DNA of 64,000 nt from a virus, in IMG/VR virus record IMGVR_UViG_3300045988_144476; one strand, given 5' to 3'. Positions 34,785 to 44,777 of the stretch are shown piece after piece (within the stretch, counting starts at the first letter, position 1; each line of letters starts with the position of its first letter). The notes beneath the pieces are model-generated. The model was not told where the DNA came from and searched no databases. It saw nothing but the letters and a program-made list of their open reading frames with translations. The position numbers were made by a program, and so were the translations under genes.

Positions 34785-37700
34785 ATGAATAAGACTATAA
34801 GAATTAAAGAATTAGTAAGAATGTTAAATATGTATTGTGATGCATATTACAACAGAAATGAAAGTATTATCTCAGATAAGGAGTTTGATAAATTATATGA
34901 TGAATTATTAGACTTGGAAAAGGAAACTGGGATTATATTAAGTAATTCCCCAACGCAGCACGTTGGATATGAAGTTAAGAGCGAACTGCAGAAGGTAAAA
35001 CATAGCCATCTTATGATGTCTTTGGATAAGACTAAAGATGTTAATGAATTAATTAAATTTATTGGGAACCATGAATGTGTGCTGATGAATAAGATGGATG
35101 GGTGTTTTATTGGAGACACTAGAATTACCATGGCAAATTATAAAACAAAGAAAATCAAAGATATTAAAATAGGAGATGAAGTATTGTCGTATGATTTAAA
35201 TGGAAAAATATGTACGTCAAAAGTTAAAAATATATATAATAATGGACTCAAAACATTTGATGAGTGGGTCGATTTACAATTGTATGATTATTTATTAAAA
35301 TCAAATAAATATCATGTTACATGTACAAAAAATCATAAAATTTATACACCAAATGGATATAAAGAAGCCGGTAATTTAAATGTGGGAGATTATGTTTATG
35401 TGCATAATAAAAAAATATCACAAGATCAATCAGATATTTTATTAGGAATTTTATTAGGAGATGGTTGGTTTGTAAATAGATCAAAATTAAAAGAAAAATC
35501 TCTTAAAAATAAATTAGAAATTCATTATTCTAAAACAAAGTCAAAACATTATGATGATTTAATATATCAATTACAAAAGAAGTTTATTACATTCAATTCA
35601 ACAATATCATATAGAACTTCTGGATATTCAAGTAAAGAAAATAATATGGTTAATTTAAATTTGGGAGTAATTGATGTACCAGATTATTTCTGTAACTCTA
35701 AAAATCATTTAAGATGTGGTTTTACTTTTACTGAAGAGATATGCAAACATTTATCACCATTAGCTCTTGCAATGTTTTATTTGGATGATGGAAGTAAAAT
35801 ACAATGTCAAAATGATGGTTTTGACGTTTATAATGTAAAAAATACATGTTTATTACATACGAATAGACATAAAAAAGAAAGTGTAAAAATTTTAAGTGAT
35901 TATTTAAAATCTATTGGTGTATCAAATAATATAAGATTTGAAAAATGTTTAAAAAATTATGATTTTGGTGATGGATATATTATATATATTGATGCAGAAG
36001 GTACAGAAGTATTTTTTGATATGATTGCTAAATATATTCCAAAAGAATTCCGGAAGATTAAATTAGGATTAAAGGATAAATGGCAAAATTGCGAATGTTT
36101 TAATTTCGAAGATGACGATAGTAATTATTCATTAATAGAAACTCAAATTACAAATATCAAAAATGGATTTAGAAGAAGTCCATCACAATCACATATAACT
36201 AGAAAAACTGCGTATGATTTAGAAATTGAAAATACACATTGTTATTTTGCAAATGGATTTGCTGTTCATAATTGTACAATGCTTTTAACATATGAAAATG
36301 GAGAATTAATTCAAGCTGAAACGAGGGGAAATGCTACAGTTGGTGAACTTGTCACCCATAATGCGAAAGTGTTTGAAAATATTCCGCTTCATATTGATTA
36401 CTCTGGTTATCTTGAAGTTGAAGGTGAAGCAATCATTACATATAATGATTTTGACAATATTAACGATACAATCAAAGATCCGGATAAAAAATATAAGAAT
36501 CCGCGAAATCTTGCGGCAGGATCTGTACGGCAGCTTAATAGTGAAATTGCAAAAGGAAGACATCTTAAGTTTATTCTATGGAAAGTTCCAACTGGGATGA
36601 ATCATATTAATAGCTTTAAAGAAAGACTCGAAAATGCAAGAGAAGTAGGATTTGACATTGTTCCTTTTGTAACTGTAGATTCAGCAGAAGATATAAATGG
36701 AGCAATTGATGGGTTGAAGAATGTAGCTAAGAATTTGTCTTATCCTATCGATGGCATGGTAATCACTTATGAAGATATTGATTATGGTTTATCTCTTGGC
36801 GTAACGGATAAATTTCCAAGGCATTCATTTGCATTTAAATTTTATGATGAGGAATACGAAACTACACTGCAGGATGTTGAATGGACCATTGGAAAAAGTG
36901 GACAACTTACACCAACCGCAGTATTTGAACCGGTAGAAATCGATGGAACAGAAGTATCCAGAGCGAGCCTTCATAATGTAAGTATTTTTAAAGCATTTGA
37001 TATGCATGTTGGAGATACTATTATGGTGTATAAAGCCAACCAGATAATACCGCAAATTAAAGAGAATTTATCAAAGGGAAGTAATACCGGTACAAAATTA
37101 AGTATTCCACAGAAATGTCCGTATTGTGGAGAACCTACTATAGTTGTTAAAGAAAATGATTCTGAAGTATTAATGTGTTTGAATGCTCAATGCCAGGGTA
37201 AGTTGCTTGGTGAATTATGTGCTTTTGTAGGAAAAAAAGCTCATGATATTAAAGGGTTATCAGAAGCTACACTATCTCTTATGATTCATACAGGAATGGT
37301 ACATTCTCCAATTGATTTGTATCATCTGGAAGATAAGAGAAAGGAATTAACTTATTTTCCAAAAATGGGATCTAAAAAAGTAGATAATATCCTTAAAGCA
37401 ATTGAAGAAAGTAGAAATACTACTTTAGAGAAATTTATTGTAGGACTTAATATTCCTTTGATTGGAAGTCGTGCTGCAAAAGATATTGCTAAACATGAAG
37501 AGATAAGAACAAAAGAAGCGAAATTAGTTAAACCTATTAATACATTTATAGTAGATGCAGCAGAAAATTATGATTTCACACATATTGAAGGATTAGGTAT
37601 AGAAAGAAATAATTCTATTCATAACTATTTTAAAGAAAATTATGATTATGTTTGCGCTATGGCATCATTATTTAAATTTCCTGAGATGAATTTAGAAACA

Positions 37701-37952
37701 GAAAACATTTCTACTTCAACATCTTTAGAAGGAAAAAAATTCTGTATTACAGGGAAATTACAGAAATTTGCAAATCGTGATGCTCTTGTAGCTGATATTG
37801 AAGCAAAAGGAGGTAAAGTTGTGTCCGGAGTAACTAAGGCAACAGATTATCTTATTACAAATGATAAGACAAGTGGATCCAGTAAGAATAAAAAAGCTGC
37901 TGAATTAAGTATTCCTATTATTAGCGAAGAAGAATATATTAATTTATCATAA
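34785..37952 (+). CDS. ligA: NAD-dependent DNA ligase (LigA) interrupted by an intein
   Basis: Adenylation motif KMDG, with TRGN..VGE after the insert. Also an OB fold, a Zn finger CPYCG...C..C, HhH repeats, and a C-terminal BRCT-like GKKFCITG. The exteins total about 665 aa. Confidence 0.9.
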   Translation: MNKTIRIKELVRMLNMYCDAYYNRNESIISDKEFDKLYDELLDLEKETGIILSNSPTQHVGYEVKSELQKVKHSHLMMSLDKTKDVNELIKFIGNHECVLMNKMDGCFIGDTRITMANYKTKKIKDIKIGDEVLSYDLNGKICTSKVKNIYNNGLKTFDEWVDLQLYDYLLKSNKYHVTCTKNHKIYTPNGYKEAGNLNVGDYVYVHNKKISQDQSDILLGILLGDGWFVNRSKLKEKSLKNKLEIHYSKTKSKHYDDLIYQLQKKFITFNSTISYRTSGYSSKENNMVNLNLGVIDVPDYFCNSKNHLRCGFTFTEEICKHLSPLALAMFYLDDGSKIQCQNDGFDVYNVKNTCLLHTNRHKKESVKILSDYLKSIGVSNNIRFEKCLKNYDFGDGYIIYIDAEGTEVFFDMIAKYIPKEFRKIKLGLKDKWQNCECFNFEDDDSNYSLIETQITNIKNGFRRSPSQSHITRKTAYDLEIENTHCYFANGFAVHNCTMLLTYENGELIQAETRGNATVGELVTHNAKVFENIPLHIDYSGYLEVEGEAIITYNDFDNINDTIKDPDKKYKNPRNLAAGSVRQLNSEIAKGRHLKFILWKVPTGMNHINSFKERLENAREVGFDIVPFVTVDSAEDINGAIDGLKNVAKNLSYPIDGMVITYEDIDYGLSLGVTDKFPRHSFAFKFYDEEYETTLQDVEWTIGKSGQLTPTAVFEPVEIDGTEVSRASLHNVSIFKAFDMHVGDTIMVYKANQIIPQIKENLSKGSNTGTKLSIPQKCPYCGEPTIVVKENDSEVLMCLNAQCQGKLLGELCAFVGKKAHDIKGLSEATLSLMIHTGMVHSPIDLYHLEDKRKELTYFPKMGSKKVDNILKAIEESRNTTLEKFIVGLNIPLIGSRAAKDIAKHEEIRTKEAKLVKPINTFIVDAAENYDFTHIEGLGIERNNSIHNYFKENYDYVCAMASLFKFPEMNLETENISTSTSLEGKKFCITGKLQKFANRDALVADIEAKGGKVVSGVTKATDYLITNDKTSGSSKNKKAAELSIPIISEEEYINLS
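35103..36272 (+). mobile_element. 390-aa intein with a LAGLIDADG homing-endonuclease domain
   Basis: Starts with Cys (CFIGDTRI) immediately after KMDG. Block B is TKNH. Two LAGLIDADG motifs are present: LLGILLGDGWF and LAMFYLDDGS. It ends ...FAVHN, followed by the +1 Cys. Confidence 0.85.
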
Positions 37953-37964
37953 TGTTTTAATCAA
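37951..37964 (+). repeat. intergenic motif copy AATGTTTTAATCAA
   Basis: Exact variant overlapping the ligA stop codon. Confidence 0.9.
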
Positions 37965-37971
37965 AAAGATA

Positions 37972-38000
37972 TTGACATACGAAGAAATGTGTGATATAGT
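37972..38000 (+). promoter_or_regulatory. sigma70-like promoter
   Basis: TTGACA, 17-nt spacer, TATAGT, with a TGn extended -10. It is bracketed by two motif copies. Confidence 0.65.
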
Positions 38001-38019
38001 AACATCAACAAATGCAAAT

Positions 38020-38033
38020 AAAGTTTTAATCAA
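38020..38033 (+). repeat. intergenic motif copy, variant (AAAGTTTTAATCAA)
   Basis: Lies downstream of the promoter and before an RBS. Confidence 0.7.
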
Positions 38034-38046
38034 AAGGAAATAAAAA

Positions 38047-38766
38047 TTGAAAAAGAAGAAAAAGCAATATTACATTGCAAATCATAAAGATACCAAGTTT
38101 TTATGTTCAACAAATATAGATATATCTTCAATTACACATGAATTTGACAAAGCGATGATTTTTCAGAATGCAACTAGGCCAGGTCAAATCATAAGGATGC
38201 TACCTAAAGCAGTGCAAAAATATGGTCCTTTTGAAATTCATGTTGTTAAAGATATTTCGCAGCCTGATCTATTAACAGCAGAAGATATAACTAAAATTTT
38301 AAGTGAAAATAAAACTAGTGTTGATTTGCAAGAGAAAACAGAAGTAAAAGTAGAATGTAAAAAAGAATTTGATTTTCAAGAAATAAAAGATGAGTTGAAT
38401 TCTTTTGCACCAAAACTCAAATCTATGCTTGATCAGCAGGAAATGTTGAAACTTGAATTATCTAATATTGATCTTGAAATATCAGATATTCTTCATTATA
38501 TAGAATTTCATAGATTTTCAGCATGTGAAGGATATAAACTTGCTAAAATGATACAGGTTGCTAGTGATAAAAGGAGAGAAATAAAAAAACAGCTGGAAGT
38601 AATAAATATATTTAAAACGAGTACCTGCACATCAATATCATCAGGACATCTTATAAATAAAATTGATAATGTAGATGATAAAATATATAGACCAAGAATT
38701 CTTAATAATTTATTTGAGAATGGAAAGAATAAAGAAAGAGAAAATATTAAAGTTAATTATAATTAA
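38047..38766 (+). CDS. hypothetical coiled-coil protein (239 aa), TTG start
   Basis: The ORF follows aaagga. The start codon is uncertain. Confidence 0.5.
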   Translation: MKKKKKQYYIANHKDTKFLCSTNIDISSITHEFDKAMIFQNATRPGQIIRMLPKAVQKYGPFEIHVVKDISQPDLLTAEDITKILSENKTSVDLQEKTEVKVECKKEFDFQEIKDELNSFAPKLKSMLDQQEMLKLELSNIDLEISDILHYIEFHRFSACEGYKLAKMIQVASDKRREIKKQLEVINIFKTSTCTSISSGHLINKIDNVDDKIYRPRILNNLFENGKNKERENIKVNYN

Positions 38767-38778
38767 TGATTTAATCAA
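38765..38778 (+). repeat. intergenic motif copy AATGATTTAATCAA
   Basis: Exact copy overlapping a stop codon. Confidence 0.9.
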
Positions 38779-38792
38779 AAGGAGAGACAGAA

Positions 38793-40865
38793 ATGAATTT
38801 TAACGATTTTAACAAAGCAATCACAGATCATTTTGAAGAAATGACAAAAGATGTCAAAAGAGTATTTGAAGTTGAATTTGATTATGAGGAAATGAATAAT
38901 CTTTATCTTGATTCTTTTCCGTCAGGCACAAATGAAATTTATCGAAAGAGAAGAGAATATGATTGTAGTTGTTGTAGACATTTTATTCGTGATATTGGTA
39001 ATGCAGTAGTAATTAAAGATGGAAAACTTCATACAATCTGGGAATTGGATATTGATGATAAAGTTTATTCTGTAGTAGCAAAAGCTCTCGATCAGTATAT
39101 TCGAGAGAAAGCAATTAAAGGTGTATATCTCAGAAAAGAAAAAAGAATTGGAACCGCTATTAGCAGAGAAATACTTCCAACTGGTGAAATTCATAAATAT
39201 GATCATTTCTATATTGATCTTCCGAAAATTTGCATTTATGAGGAAAGATATAGTTCTACTTTAGATGGAGAAAAAGGGAAATTTAGAGATACAAGAAATG
39301 TGTTTAAAAGATCGCTTGATGAAATTGATCCGGAAGCTGTTGATACAGTTCTTGAATTGATTGGACAGAATTCATTATACAAAGGATCTGAATGGAAAGC
39401 AGTTCTGCAGGAATTCAAGAAATATCAGAAAGAATACAAGAAACTTACAGATATAGAAAAAGAACTTTGGACCTGGGAAAAATCAATTGACATTGGAATG
39501 ACAGTTGGTCGAATTAGAAATCACAGTATGGGAACATTACTTGTTAACCTGTCTGAAGGAATGGAACTTGATACTGCGGTAAAGAAATACGAACAGATTG
39601 TAGCTCCTGCAAATTATAAGAGGCCAAAGGCAATCTTTACTAAGAAGATGCTTGAGGATGCAAAGAAAACAATTTCCGAACTTGGTTATATGGATTCTCT
39701 TCAGAGAAGATTTGCAACTCTTGATGATATTACAGTAAATAACATTCTATTCTCTAATAAAGATGCTACTAAGAGAATTTCTGGTGCAGATGATCTATTT
39801 GGAGAGATGGAAAAAGATGTTGCAATCAATCCGAAAAAGTTCTCTAAGGTAGAAGAAATTAGTGTAAGAGACTTTATTAATAATGTTCTTCCTACAGCAA
39901 AAGAACTCGAAGTGTTCTTAGAGAACAAACATGAGAAAAACATGGTATCACTCATTGCTCCGGAAAATAAAGAAGCGAAATCAATGTTCAAGTGGAATAA
40001 TTCATTCTCATGGGCTTATACAGGTAATATTACTGATTCTGATATTAGAGAAAATGTAAAGGCTGCAGGTGGATCTGTAACAGGTGTACTTAGATTTTCT
40101 ATTCAGTGGAATGATGGTGGAAGAGATAATTCAGATCTTGATGCACATTGTATTGAGCCAAACGGAACAGAAATTTATTATGCTACTTATAAAAAACCAA
40201 GAATGACAGATATGGGCGGTCAGCTTGATATTGATATTATGGAACCATTTTCACAGTGTAAAGCATCAAATGGAGTAGCAGTAGAGAACATTACATATGC
40301 TACAAAATCAAGAATGAAACCTGGTACATATAAATTCTTTGTAAATCAGTATTGTTCAAGAGGATCTAAAGGCTTTAAAGCAGAGATTGAAGCAGATGGC
40401 GAAGTTCATTCTTATAAATATGATAAGCCGGTACGTAGAAACGTTCAGGTCGCTGAAGTTATTATGGATGAAAATGGTAACTTCAAGATTGTTGATAAAC
40501 TCGATGGAAATAGTGCGATGACAAGTAAAGATGTATGGAAAGTTAAAACAAACCAGTTTATGCCGGTATCTGTTGTATGCTATTCTCCAAACTATTGGGA
40601 CGAACAGAAGGGAATTGGACATCAGCATTTGTTCTTTATGCTTAAAGATTGTGTGAATCCGGAAGAGCCGAATGGATATTACAATGAATTCTTAAAACCG
40701 GAACTTGAGCAGCATAAGAGAGTATTTGAAGCTCTCGGAGCTAAAGCACATGTAAAAGATGTAGATGATCAGCTTTCTGGTATTGGATTTAGCCTTACTA
40801 AGAGAAATGATTTGATTGTTAAAGTCAAAGGTGCAACTGAAAGGGTATTGAAGATTAAATTTTAA
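38793..40865 (+). CDS. large hypothetical protein (690 aa)
   Basis: Conserved-looking N-terminus (FPSGTNEIYRKRREYDCSCCRHFIRDIGN). The C-terminal region (LRFSIQWNDGGRDNSDLDAHCIEPNG...LDIDI...VENITY) suggests a beta-sandwich. No family was assigned. Confidence 0.7.
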   Translation: MNFNDFNKAITDHFEEMTKDVKRVFEVEFDYEEMNNLYLDSFPSGTNEIYRKRREYDCSCCRHFIRDIGNAVVIKDGKLHTIWELDIDDKVYSVVAKALDQYIREKAIKGVYLRKEKRIGTAISREILPTGEIHKYDHFYIDLPKICIYEERYSSTLDGEKGKFRDTRNVFKRSLDEIDPEAVDTVLELIGQNSLYKGSEWKAVLQEFKKYQKEYKKLTDIEKELWTWEKSIDIGMTVGRIRNHSMGTLLVNLSEGMELDTAVKKYEQIVAPANYKRPKAIFTKKMLEDAKKTISELGYMDSLQRRFATLDDITVNNILFSNKDATKRISGADDLFGEMEKDVAINPKKFSKVEEISVRDFINNVLPTAKELEVFLENKHEKNMVSLIAPENKEAKSMFKWNNSFSWAYTGNITDSDIRENVKAAGGSVTGVLRFSIQWNDGGRDNSDLDAHCIEPNGTEIYYATYKKPRMTDMGGQLDIDIMEPFSQCKASNGVAVENITYATKSRMKPGTYKFFVNQYCSRGSKGFKAEIEADGEVHSYKYDKPVRRNVQVAEVIMDENGNFKIVDKLDGNSAMTSKDVWKVKTNQFMPVSVVCYSPNYWDEQKGIGHQHLFFMLKDCVNPEEPNGYYNEFLKPELEQHKRVFEALGAKAHVKDVDDQLSGIGFSLTKRNDLIVKVKGATERVLKIKF

Positions 40866-40880
40866 TCTTTAATAATAAAT

Positions 40881-40894
40881 AATGATTTAATCAA
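40881..40894 (+). repeat. intergenic motif copy AATGATTTAATCAA
   Basis: Exact copy before an RBS. Confidence 0.9.
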
Positions 40895-40907
40895 AAGGAG
40901 TAGAAAA

Positions 40908-41285
40908 ATGGAATTAACAAACGTATTTGAAAGGGCAGCTATGAATAAGTACAGATTTCCTTATAAGGGACAGATTTCTGTAGAAGATCTTTGGGATCTA
41001 TCTCTTCCAGGACTTGATTCTGTATTCAAACAGCTTAACAAGCTGAAAAAGGTAAATGAAGAAGAAAGTCTTCTTGAAGTAAAATCTGCAGAAGATGTAG
41101 AAGTAGAAGATAAGATTGCTATTGTGAAATTTATTGTTAAATATAAACAGGACGCAGCACTTGCAAGACTTACCGAAAAAGAAAATAAAGAATACAATCA
41201 GAAAATTATGGCTATTATTGAAAAGAAACAGGATCAGGCACTTGAAAATATGTCTGTAGAAGAACTTCAGAAACATTTAAGATAA
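40908..41285 (+). CDS. hypothetical coiled-coil protein (125 aa)
   Basis: RBS aaaggag upstream. Confidence 0.6.
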   Translation: MELTNVFERAAMNKYRFPYKGQISVEDLWDLSLPGLDSVFKQLNKLKKVNEEESLLEVKSAEDVEVEDKIAIVKFIVKYKQDAALARLTEKENKEYNQKIMAIIEKKQDQALENMSVEELQKHLR

Positions 41286-41302
41286 ATAAAGGAGAGAAAC
41301 AA

Positions 41303-43927
41303 ATGAACGGATTAAGTAGTAAAGAAGTTTCTCAGAGTAGGGCTTTACATGGGAGCAATAAGCTCCCTGAGCCTAAAATGAAGAAATGGTATCATTTTGC
41401 AAAGGAAGCATTAACAGAGTCAATTACAATGATTCTTATTGCAATTGCAGTATTTCAGATAATTCTTGGAGTTATTGGCGTAGCAGAAATTTCTGAACCA
41501 ATTATGATTCTTGTGGTACTTTCAATTGTAACAGGAATTGCAATTAAAACAGGTCTTGGTGTACAGAAATCAGCGGCAGAATTAAAAGCGAAAACATCTC
41601 TTAGGTACTGTGATGTAATTCGAGATGGAAAATTACAGACAATTAATAAAGATGATCTTGTAGTTGGTGATATTGTAATCATTAGAACTGGTCAGGAAAT
41701 ATTCGCTGATGGATATATTGTTGAAGGAAAAATTTCTGTAAACAATGCAGCTATTAATGGAGAATCAAAGGAATGCAAAAAGACTCCGATTGATGGATAT
41801 AAACATGTAAAAACTACATCAACAGATGCATATACAAATCAGAACTGCTTATTTGCCGGTACAACTGTAATGTCTGGAGAAGGTAAGATGATTGTAACGG
41901 AAGTTGGTGTTAATACAGTAAATGGTGATACTCTTGTAAAGATGCAGACACTTGAAGCACCTAAAACAGCACTTGATATTGCTCTTGATAATCTGTGTGA
42001 TTTTATTTCTAAATGGGGAACAATTGCAGCAGTATTAGCATTTGTGATCATGACAGTTTCTGGAATTATGCAGGCCGGTGGTATGTCGCAGTATTTCAAT
42101 GGAGGTATTCTTGAAAATATCCAGAAGATTGCTACTAATTTCTCAATTGCATTGACTATTATTGTTGCAGCTGTTCCGGAAGGATTACCGCTTATTGTAA
42201 AACTGGTAACGAAACAGAATGTAAGTACAATGGAAAAATTTAATATCCTTGCTAAGAATCCAGGAAAAATTCCTGAGCTTGCATATGTAAATCTTATTTG
42301 TACTGATAAAACAGGGACGCTTACAACAGGTATTATGACACCAAAAGTAATGGTGAATGGTGCTTGCGAAGATATTATGAATGATAAAGATTCTGTTGCT
42401 GCAGGTCTTATTAAGAATAATGTATGTTTAAATAATAGTGCTGATTATGATGCTGACGGAAATATTACTGGTGGTAACTCAATTGATCGAGCAGTATTAG
42501 GATTATATTCAAAGGGAGATTGTAGAATCGTTAAAGAATCATTTGCAGTAAAAAACAGACTTCCTTTTAGTAGCGAGAATAAGTATTCTGCTATAGAAGT
42601 TGCTAGTTTAACAGCTGATGCACAGATGACTTTATATAAAGGTGCTCCTGAAAAACTTATTCAGAGATGTTCTTACTACATTGCAAACAGTGGAGAAGTA
42701 AAACAGTTTACAGATTCTGATAGAAAAGCAATGGAAAGTTATATTAAAGGACTTACAGAAAAAGCAATGAGATGTATTGCTCTTACAATGTCTGATTTCT
42801 TTAAGGAAGACGAACTTCCGAAAGATATGACATTACTTGGAGTAATCGGTGTTGTTGATCCACTTAGAGAAGAAGTTCCAGATGCTGTAAAGACTGCAAA
42901 TAAAGCGGGGATCCAGGTAATTGAAATTACTGGTGATTGTCTTGAAACAGCAAAAGCAGTAGCAGCAGAAGCTGGTATTTATCATCCTTGGGATAAGGCA
43001 ATTACAAATGATGAATTTGAAGCTATGTCAGATAACGAAGTAAAAGAAATCATTCCTAAATTAAGAGTTATTTCCAGATGTTCACCTAATACAAAACTTA
43101 GGTTAGTAACTCTTGCTCAGGAAATTGGAATGTCTGTTGCTATGACAGGCGATGGTGTTAATGATTCCCCAGCATTAAAAAAAGCTGATGTAGGATTTGG
43201 AATGGAATCTGGATCTGATGTTGCGAAAGAAGCAAGTGATATTATTCTTACAGATAATAACTTTGCATCAACTGTAAAAGCAACGGAACTTGGTAGAACA
43301 TTTATGCACAATATTATGATGTTCCTTGAGTTTCAGCTGCCAATTAACATTTCATTACTTATCTTAAGTATGATTTATCCGGTAATTTCTGGTGGAGCTG
43401 CATTACTTGCATCGGTACAGATTCTAATTGTGAATATTATCATGGACTCTCTCAACTCACTGAGTTTTGGTGGCGAGCCTCCAAAAGCGGAATATATGAA
43501 AGAGAAACCAATTAAAAAGGGATCTGGATTATTTATTCGTGGTGCTAAAAAGAGAATTGCTTTATCAACAATCGTATTTATTGTTTTGTTTGGTGCGATT
43601 ACATATGGTCCAATTGCGGCAATATTTGCTACACCAGAACTGGCTATTACAGCAAGATTTGCATTACTTTGTTTTATGGCTGTATTTAATGGATTTACAA
43701 TTAGAACGGAAAGCATAAATCTTTTCAATGGCCTTGGTAAGAATAAAGCTTTTTCAGTAATTGCTGTTGGAATTATAGCTATGACATTGTTTTTATGTAA
43801 TATTGCAGGAAGTCTTGTGCAGACAACACCTCTTGATTTAAGACATTGGATTACGGTAATTGTTGTGGCATTTATGATTGTACCGGTTGATATTATTAGA
43901 AAAGGAATTAAAAAGATTAAAAAATAA
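41303..43927 (+). CDS. P-type ATPase, type II (Ca2+-ATPase-like) cation pump
   Basis: An N-terminal cation-ATPase-N-like segment, then NGES, PEGLP, the phosphorylation site CTDKTGTLT, and the hinge TGDGVNDSPALKKADVG. Multiple TM helices. Confidence 0.9.
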   Translation: MNGLSSKEVSQSRALHGSNKLPEPKMKKWYHFAKEALTESITMILIAIAVFQIILGVIGVAEISEPIMILVVLSIVTGIAIKTGLGVQKSAAELKAKTSLRYCDVIRDGKLQTINKDDLVVGDIVIIRTGQEIFADGYIVEGKISVNNAAINGESKECKKTPIDGYKHVKTTSTDAYTNQNCLFAGTTVMSGEGKMIVTEVGVNTVNGDTLVKMQTLEAPKTALDIALDNLCDFISKWGTIAAVLAFVIMTVSGIMQAGGMSQYFNGGILENIQKIATNFSIALTIIVAAVPEGLPLIVKLVTKQNVSTMEKFNILAKNPGKIPELAYVNLICTDKTGTLTTGIMTPKVMVNGACEDIMNDKDSVAAGLIKNNVCLNNSADYDADGNITGGNSIDRAVLGLYSKGDCRIVKESFAVKNRLPFSSENKYSAIEVASLTADAQMTLYKGAPEKLIQRCSYYIANSGEVKQFTDSDRKAMESYIKGLTEKAMRCIALTMSDFFKEDELPKDMTLLGVIGVVDPLREEVPDAVKTANKAGIQVIEITGDCLETAKAVAAEAGIYHPWDKAITNDEFEAMSDNEVKEIIPKLRVISRCSPNTKLRLVTLAQEIGMSVAMTGDGVNDSPALKKADVGFGMESGSDVAKEASDIILTDNNFASTVKATELGRTFMHNIMMFLEFQLPINISLLILSMIYPVISGGAALLASVQILIVNIIMDSLNSLSFGGEPPKAEYMKEKPIKKGSGLFIRGAKKRIALSTIVFIVLFGAITYGPIAAIFATPELAITARFALLCFMAVFNGFTIRTESINLFNGLGKNKAFSVIAVGIIAMTLFLCNIAGSLVQTTPLDLRHWITVIVVAFMIVPVDIIRKGIKKIKK

Positions 43928-43940
43928 AGGAGAATTTAAA

Positions 43941-44726
43941 ATGGGACTGTTTAATAAACTTTTTGGAGCTAAAGAGAAATCAGATTCAGTAGTTACGCAG
44001 CAGCCGTTTACAGGAGTAAAAGAAAATACTCCTGTGAACACCTTAAATTCATCTGCGGCTGTAATCGATATGTCAAAATCAAAAGAAAATCTGAATACTG
44101 TTCTGATTGATATGTCAAAGGGAAGCAAAATTGATATGACAAAACATGTTGCCAGAGTAGCACTTGCAATGGATTATTCCGGATCTATGGATCGTTTATT
44201 TGCTAACGGATCTGTACAGAAAACAATTTCAAGATTACTTCCTATTGCTCTTAAATTCGATGATAATGGTGAGCTTGAATCTTGGTTATTCTCTACCGAT
44301 TACAAACGTCTTGATACTGTTACAGAAAATAATTTCGAAAATTATGTCAAAAGAGTAATGCAGAGATCTGGAATGTATATGGGAGGCACATATTATGAAC
44401 CGGTTTTAAGCGATATGGTTAATTATTATAAAAACATTGAACCAAGCGAAATTCCAGCATTTATAATTTTTATTACTGATGGAGAGAACATGGATAAGAG
44501 TAATACAAATCGTATTATTCGAGAGCTATCTGAGTATAATATTTTTGTTCAGTTTATTGGAATCGGAAATGAAGATTTTGATTATTTGAAATCACTTGAT
44601 AAGCTTGAAGGAAGAAAGCATGACAATACTGGATTTACAGCTGTAAAAGATATGAATAAACTTGATGACCAGCAGCTTTATACGGAAATTCTTCGTCAGT
44701 ATAAAGACTGGTTAAATAAGAAATAA
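43941..44726 (+). CDS. vWA domain protein of the TerF-C-terminal/TerY type
   Basis: MIDAS motif DYSGSM, followed by FITDGEN, VQFIGIG and DNTGF..V....L.D.QLY, as in ter-cluster vWA proteins. The ATG at 43941 follows aaggag. Confidence 0.85.
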   Translation: MGLFNKLFGAKEKSDSVVTQQPFTGVKENTPVNTLNSSAAVIDMSKSKENLNTVLIDMSKGSKIDMTKHVARVALAMDYSGSMDRLFANGSVQKTISRLLPIALKFDDNGELESWLFSTDYKRLDTVTENNFENYVKRVMQRSGMYMGGTYYEPVLSDMVNYYKNIEPSEIPAFIIFITDGENMDKSNTNRIIRELSEYNIFVQFIGIGNEDFDYLKSLDKLEGRKHDNTGFTAVKDMNKLDDQQLYTEILRQYKDWLNKK

Positions 44727-44777
44727 ATTGAAATGCATATAGTATATTGTTAAATAATTGTAAAAGGAGAATGAATA

